The notes below the pieces were generated by a model, which had not been told where the DNA came from, made no database searches, and worked only from the letters and a program-made list of their open reading frames with translations. Below, in pieces: positions 59,498-64,000 of a stretch of 64,000 bases of DNA. Where the stretch lies: assembly GCA_050949565.1 (NCBI GenBank), contig JBMNFY010000006.1:128001-192000 (forward strand). The letters run 5' to 3'. This DNA is from Kiritimatiellia bacterium (lineage in GTDB: Bacteria > Verrucomicrobiota > Kiritimatiellia > RFP12 > UBA1067). The position numbers and the translations under genes are program-made. Position 1 is the stretch's first letter. Each line of letters opens with the position of its first letter.

Positions 59498-60859
59498 ATG
59501 TGGATCAAACTGATTTCACCCAAAGTCACGATGCGTCCTATGGACTCCGCGTTCAAAATGCAGATGTCGCCATCCTTGGCGTTGCTCGTTCTGGGCGCGC
59601 TGACCCCGCGTCAACACAAGGTTACGGTCTGCGACGAAAATGTCGAGCGTCTAGATCTGCGCGACCCTCCCGATCTCGTCGGCATCACGGTCAAAGCCGA
59701 CACCGCTGATCGATCATGGGATATTGCGCAAGCCTATCGCGCGAAGGGTATTCCTGTTGTCATTGGCGGTATTCACCCGACCGCGTGCCCGGAGGAGAGT
59801 GCGCCCCATGCGGATGCCATTGTTATCGGTGAAGCCGAGCCGGTGTGGGCGGACGTTCTGGCGGACGCACAGGCCGGGAAGTTGAGGCCGTCGTACGGCA
59901 GCGCCACGCCGATTTCGCTGGATCAGACTCCGATACCGCGATGGGAACTGATCGACAAGAAACGTTACCTTTTTACCAACACATTGACGATCGGTAGAGG
60001 CTGCCCGTGGCACTGCTCCTTCTGCTACAACAGCTCTCCCAACCTGCCCAAGGGGTACCGTGCGAAGCCTATCGAAAATGTACTGGCTGAGATCGCGTCG
60101 CTCAACTCTCGCCACGTTATGTTCATTGACGACAACTTTATTGCCGATCCCGCATACGCGCGCCAACTGCTTCAGGCGTTCCGTCCCCTGCACTTGACGT
60201 GGCATACGGCGGTCAGCGCGGATATCGGTCAGCATGACGACATCCTCGACCTGATGGTGGAGACGGGGTGCCGCAGTCTCTTCATCGGATTTGAGAGCTT
60301 GAATCCCGCAAATCTGCGCACGGCCAACAAGTTGCAAAACAAGCGTGAAAAATACGAAGACCTTGTGCGTAAGATTCACGGTCGCGGGATGATGGTCAAC
60401 GCAAGTGTGGTCTTTGGGTTTGATGAGGATGGTCCGGAGGTGTTTGAACAAACAACCGACTGGCTCATCTCCCAGAGGATCGAAACGATGACAGCGCATA
60501 TTCTCACCCCGTATCCCGGAACGGCGTTGTACACGCGGTTGCTGAGTGAAGGCCGGATTTTCGATCATGATTTCACACACTACAACACGTCCCGCGCTGT
60601 CTTCCGCCCGGCGAAAATGACCGCGAAGGAACTCGAATCTGGATACTTGGACGCGTACAAACATTTTTACTCCCTGCGCAGCATTTTCGCGCGAATGCCA
60701 AAATATGACGGCGGCCGTGTGCCATACCTGCTCTTCAATCTTTGCTACAGAAAATACGGTGGCCTCGTGTCCTTTCTCGCATCACCGAGACTCATGCGGT
60801 TTTTCGGCGCTCTCGGCACCTCGCTTTCCTACCCGGACTTGCGCGGGGAAGTTCATTAG
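59498..60859 (+). CDS. B12-binding domain radical SAM protein
   Basis: IGGIHPT, IGEAE, GRGCPWHCSFC (CxxxCxxC), FIDDNF, IGFES, TPYPGT. Confidence 0.92.
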   Translation: MWIKLISPKVTMRPMDSAFKMQMSPSLALLVLGALTPRQHKVTVCDENVERLDLRDPPDLVGITVKADTADRSWDIAQAYRAKGIPVVIGGIHPTACPEESAPHADAIVIGEAEPVWADVLADAQAGKLRPSYGSATPISLDQTPIPRWELIDKKRYLFTNTLTIGRGCPWHCSFCYNSSPNLPKGYRAKPIENVLAEIASLNSRHVMFIDDNFIADPAYARQLLQAFRPLHLTWHTAVSADIGQHDDILDLMVETGCRSLFIGFESLNPANLRTANKLQNKREKYEDLVRKIHGRGMMVNASVVFGFDEDGPEVFEQTTDWLISQRIETMTAHILTPYPGTALYTRLLSEGRIFDHDFTHYNTSRAVFRPAKMTAKELESGYLDAYKHFYSLRSIFARMPKYDGGRVPYLLFNLCYRKYGGLVSFLASPRLMRFFGALGTSLSYPDLRGEVH

Positions 60860-61335
60860 TGCGTTAGTTCATTAGTGCATTAGTTTGCTTTGGCATGGCT
60901 CAGTTTTTTCAAACAGAGGTTTTTTTCGGAGGGTGCTACTCCAGCCGCAGGTCGCGCGTCGAACGTCGCGGGTCAACCTCTCTTGTTGCGGCCACGCAGT
61001 GGCTCGCAGCCGTGAGAGTAAAAGCGCTGTCCTGCTTTTTCGCCGCGCAGCGGCAGGGCGGTGTGCAAAAGCGGTGCCGCGAGCCGCGCACAACGCGGCT
61101 CTTGCCACCGCACTCCAAATTTTCGCACTTACTTGAGCGTTTTCTAGGACTGCCAAAAACGCCAAGATGCCCCTGTTTTTCATGTCAAAAAAAGAAACCC
61201 GAAACCAAGGGAAGTGTGCGCATCAGCCTTTTGCAAGACACGTTGTTGCGGGCGAGGACGCCCGCGCCCGACTCACTGCTCTCCTTTTCACCGGAGACGT
61301 ACAATCTTCGCACACCCCTGTCACCAACCGATTAC
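60855..61335. repeat. Composite REP-like mosaic
   Basis: (TAGTGCAT)n, 60985-61030 (homologous to 17160-17205), inverted GGAGTGCGG module 61067-61123, MITE-like tail 61240-61333. Confidence 0.8.
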
Positions 61336-61348
61336 GCAAGACTGCCAA

Positions 61349-61376
61349 TTGACAAGGAAAAGAAAGTCGATATGAT
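61349..61376 (+). promoter_or_regulatory. Sigma70-like promoter
   Basis: TTGACA-N16-TATGAT upstream of AAAGGA RBS and ATG 61423. Confidence 0.6.
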
Positions 61377-61716
61377 CCATTGATCTAGCTCGGCCTAGGA
61401 AAAACCAGCACGAAAGGACGGCATGACGATACAAAAAACAGCGGTCTCGTACGGGAAGATAAAGATGTTGGGGTGGGGTGGTGGACTGGTTACCATGCTC
61501 ACCATTTGGGGCGTCTTTGTTGCGCAGGAGTGTACGGCTGCGGTCGTTGGAGAGAGTGCGCCCCCGGTTTACACCGCGCCTGATCCGCTCGACATGTGGT
61601 GGACGTTCGGGGCGCACGAGCCTTATACGATGTACCGGCGCATGGGCGTGAGGTCCACTGGCGGTATCCACGGAAACTGCCATTGGCTGCCCGAGTGGTT
61701 CAAGTGGTGGGATTCG

Positions 61717-63165
61717 AAGGAGTTTCCCCAAAAAATCTGGTCATTCCAGAAAGACCAGTCCGAGCGGGTTTGATTCGGGGTCTGGCGGCTTGTAGCCGTA
61801 CCATTTCCCGTGGCGCGTGAAGAGCCTCCCGAGGCCGTCGGCGACGGCGTAGTGGAGGAACTCGGCCACGCCGTAGATGCGCTTGGCGGCGTGGGTGATG
61901 TTGGTCGTCAGGATCTCGCAGCGCAGCCGTCCGGCCAGCCAGACGCAGTTGAAGTAGATGACGGCCAGCAGCAGAGCGACCATGTTTTTCAGGCGCCGGT
62001 ACGTCAGGACCCGGATGTCCTCGAGGTTGTAGCTCTGCTTGACGAAGCGGATCGCGTCCTCGACGCGCCACCGCGTCAGATAGCCCTCGACGACCTGCCA
62101 CAGGGACTTGCGCGACGTCGTCCCGGCCAGCGTGGTCAGCAGGAGCATCGGCCGCTCGCCGAACCCCTTCACCACGACCATGCGCAGGGGCTTGTCGGGC
62201 CTCTGCGGCAGGGCGACGGTCATGGCGCCGAACTCCAGCTTATAGCTTTTCACCCCGTCCCCCGTCTCCCTCGTGACGATCTCGATGTGCTTCATGGGGC
62301 AGGATGCCGCCAGTTCTTCGGCCAGCGCGGTCCGCCGGCCGTGGAGCAGGTTGCGGTTGCCCACGAGGCGCACGATGTAGTCCAGTTTGCGCCGGTCCAG
62401 GCCGTCGAACAGCCAGTCTCCGTCGCCTCCGCGGTCGATGACGTAGATGCCGCGCTTCTTCGCGCGGGAGCTGATCTGGTCGATGACGCCGAGCACCTCG
62501 TCGTTCTGGCTGATGAAGCCCTCCGCCTCGCTCGACCACAGCCGCATGTGCAACGGCGTGATCCGGCGGCCGCCGCTCTCGCAGGCGACCGCCAGGCAGG
62601 CGCTGTATCCGTTGCCGATCTCCCCCGTGCTCCCGTCCCGGACGCGGGCGAGATATTCCATCTTCTTCGCGTACAGCTTACGGATGTCGGTCGGGTCGAT
62701 GACGATCAGCGTGTCCTGATGGACGTGACGCGAGCCCAGACGGGCGACAGCGTCGGAAATCCCCTGCTCGATGCCCTCGCTCCCGAGCATCCGGCTCAGC
62801 CTGTCCTCCAGTTTCTTCATCGATATCGGCTCGTCGAGCGCGCGGGCGATCCGGCTGAGCTTCACGTCCTGCGACGCCTGTATCCCGTAGACCATGTCGC
62901 CCACGAACTTGCCGAGCGGCTTGGAAAACCGGGGGGAAAGTTCCCCCAAAAAATTCTTGAGTTGCTCTCGCGCTTTGAACGCCGTTGCGCTATGATTCAC
63001 GTCGGTTTTCCTTTCCGGTTTTTGGTTTTTGGTTGAACCGCCATTTTGGCAGAACCGGCGGAGGAAAACCACTTTTTCACTTTCAGGCACGCCCGTCAGA
63101 GACGCATCCCCTTTGTTTTCAAGGACTTAGATATAATTGCCCCCGATTTTTTGGGGAAAGTCCTT
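61717..63165 (-). mobile_element. IS4-family insertion sequence, about 1449 bp
   Basis: Terminal inverted repeats AAGGA(G/C)TTTCCCCAAAAAATC; flanking direct repeat GTGGGATTCG at 61707-61716 and 63166-63175. Confidence 0.93.
61741..63000 (-). CDS. IS4-family DDE transposase
   Basis: LIVIDPTD, YVIDRGGD, YLTRWRVEDAIRFVKQ (Y-R-E-K signature); likely GTG start at 63000. Confidence 0.92.
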   Translation of the reverse strand: MNHSATAFKAREQLKNFLGELSPRFSKPLGKFVGDMVYGIQASQDVKLSRIARALDEPISMKKLEDRLSRMLGSEGIEQGISDAVARLGSRHVHQDTLIVIDPTDIRKLYAKKMEYLARVRDGSTGEIGNGYSACLAVACESGGRRITPLHMRLWSSEAEGFISQNDEVLGVIDQISSRAKKRGIYVIDRGGDGDWLFDGLDRRKLDYIVRLVGNRNLLHGRRTALAEELAASCPMKHIEIVTRETGDGVKSYKLEFGAMTVALPQRPDKPLRMVVVKGFGERPMLLLTTLAGTTSRKSLWQVVEGYLTRWRVEDAIRFVKQSYNLEDIRVLTYRRLKNMVALLLAVIYFNCVWLAGRLRCEILTTNITHAAKRIYGVAEFLHYAVADGLGRLFTRHGKWYGYKPPDPESNPLGLVFLE

Positions 63166-64000
63166 GTGGGATTCGGAGGAGTGCCCGAAACTGATGGAAG
63201 AACTTGGGCTCAACTGGCTTTTATGCCGCTTCTACAAGGGCATGGGATGGGAGGAGGAGAAAAAGGATTTCCCGAACGTCAAGCGCTTCGTGGAGAATTG
63301 TCATAAGCACGGGGTGAAGGCGGTCGCCTACGTGCAGTTCTCGACAATCTACCCCGAGACGATGAAGCGTGAAATCCCCAACCTGGAGGAGTGGGCCGCG
63401 CGACGCAGCGATGGACAAATCTATTACTACTCCAGATATTTCCGCTGGGAGCCTTGCTTCAATGAGCCCGCCTTCGAGGAGTATCTCAAGAAGGTGATCC
63501 GCATCGCGCTTACCGAGGGCGGCTTCGACGGCATCTTCTTTGACAACGCCTATATGAAGCCGTGCTTCTGTAGCCGTTGCCAGAAGCTGTTCCACGAACA
63601 CCTGATGACGATCAAAAATCCGGCGGACCGCTTTGGCTTCGATTCGTTAGACTGTTTCGGGATGCCGGAGTACGCGGCGCTGCCTTGGGGCGAAGTGCGC
63701 GAGCCGCTCTTGCAGGAGTTCAACGTGTGGCGCACGAAGCGTATGACGGCGCTCTTCAAGCGCTTCTACGACTATGCTCATTCGGTGAAACGTGACTGCG
63801 TGGTCGCCGCAAACATCTGTCCTTACCGTGCCCCCAATACCGTAGGCAACAAGTCTGTGGACATGACGGAGCTTCCGAAGTGCTTTGACCTCGTGATGGG
63901 GCAGGCCAACATGTATCCGCACCTCGAAGGCGATGTGATCGTCAACCGCGTGCGCGATCTGAAATATGCGCGGGAGTTTCCGGCCACCTACTTCGCCTCG

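Larger units (their letters stand above)
61423..64000 (+). pseudogene. Secreted glycoside-hydrolase-like gene interrupted by an IS; runs off the window
   Basis: Joining 61423-61716 to 63176 onward restores ...FKWWDS|EECPKLMEELGLNWLLCRFYKG...CHKHGVKAVAY...GFDGIFFDNAYMKPCFCSRC. Confidence 0.85.

Noticed and set aside
62941-62956. Internal sequence resembling the IS terminal repeat (TTCCCCCAAAAAATTC)
   Set aside because: Short, low-complexity and inside the coding region; likely coincidence.
61810-63036. 408-aa plus-strand ORF inside the IS
   Set aside because: Antisense shadow of the transposase.
63109-63137. Outward-facing IS promoter (TATAAT at 63132) driving the 3' half of the split gene
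   Set aside because: No -35 element at a suitable spacing (TTGTTT is only 13 nt away), so it is not supportable.

Overview
GC-rich bacterial chromosome segment, probably from the PVC superphylum and plausibly Kiritimatiellae. This is an inference from the eukaryote-type UDP-GlcNAc pyrophosphorylase, PQQ-like propeller, DUF4175-like/MoxR cluster, D-x-D-x-D-G repeats and ...FFRIKV C-terminus. Housekeeping genes: prfB 3' end, gpmI, coaC, gmk, purL, fabH/F/Z, apbE, galM. Other loci: an RND efflux trio; a six-gene envelope operon built around an FHA-MoxR AAA+ ATPase; an NfeD-flotillin-TerB-like module; several large secreted proteins (C25 peptidase, GH-like proteins); and an IS4-family element with inverted repeats and a target duplication that splits a secreted glycoside-hydrolase-like gene. 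Two genes (flotillin, amidohydrolase) carry single frameshifts. Most larger intergenic spaces are built from a shared set of palindromic REP-like modules and 7-9 nt tandem repeats; some read in frame into gene N-termini and some supply stop codons. Main leads: the FHA-MoxR operon, the modular repeat system, a PurL with Gly at the glutaminase nucleophile Cys, a GH51-like pseudo-enzyme and an RHS remnant. No rRNA, tRNA or CRISPR array was seen. All assignments are by-eye motif recognition, with no database searches.
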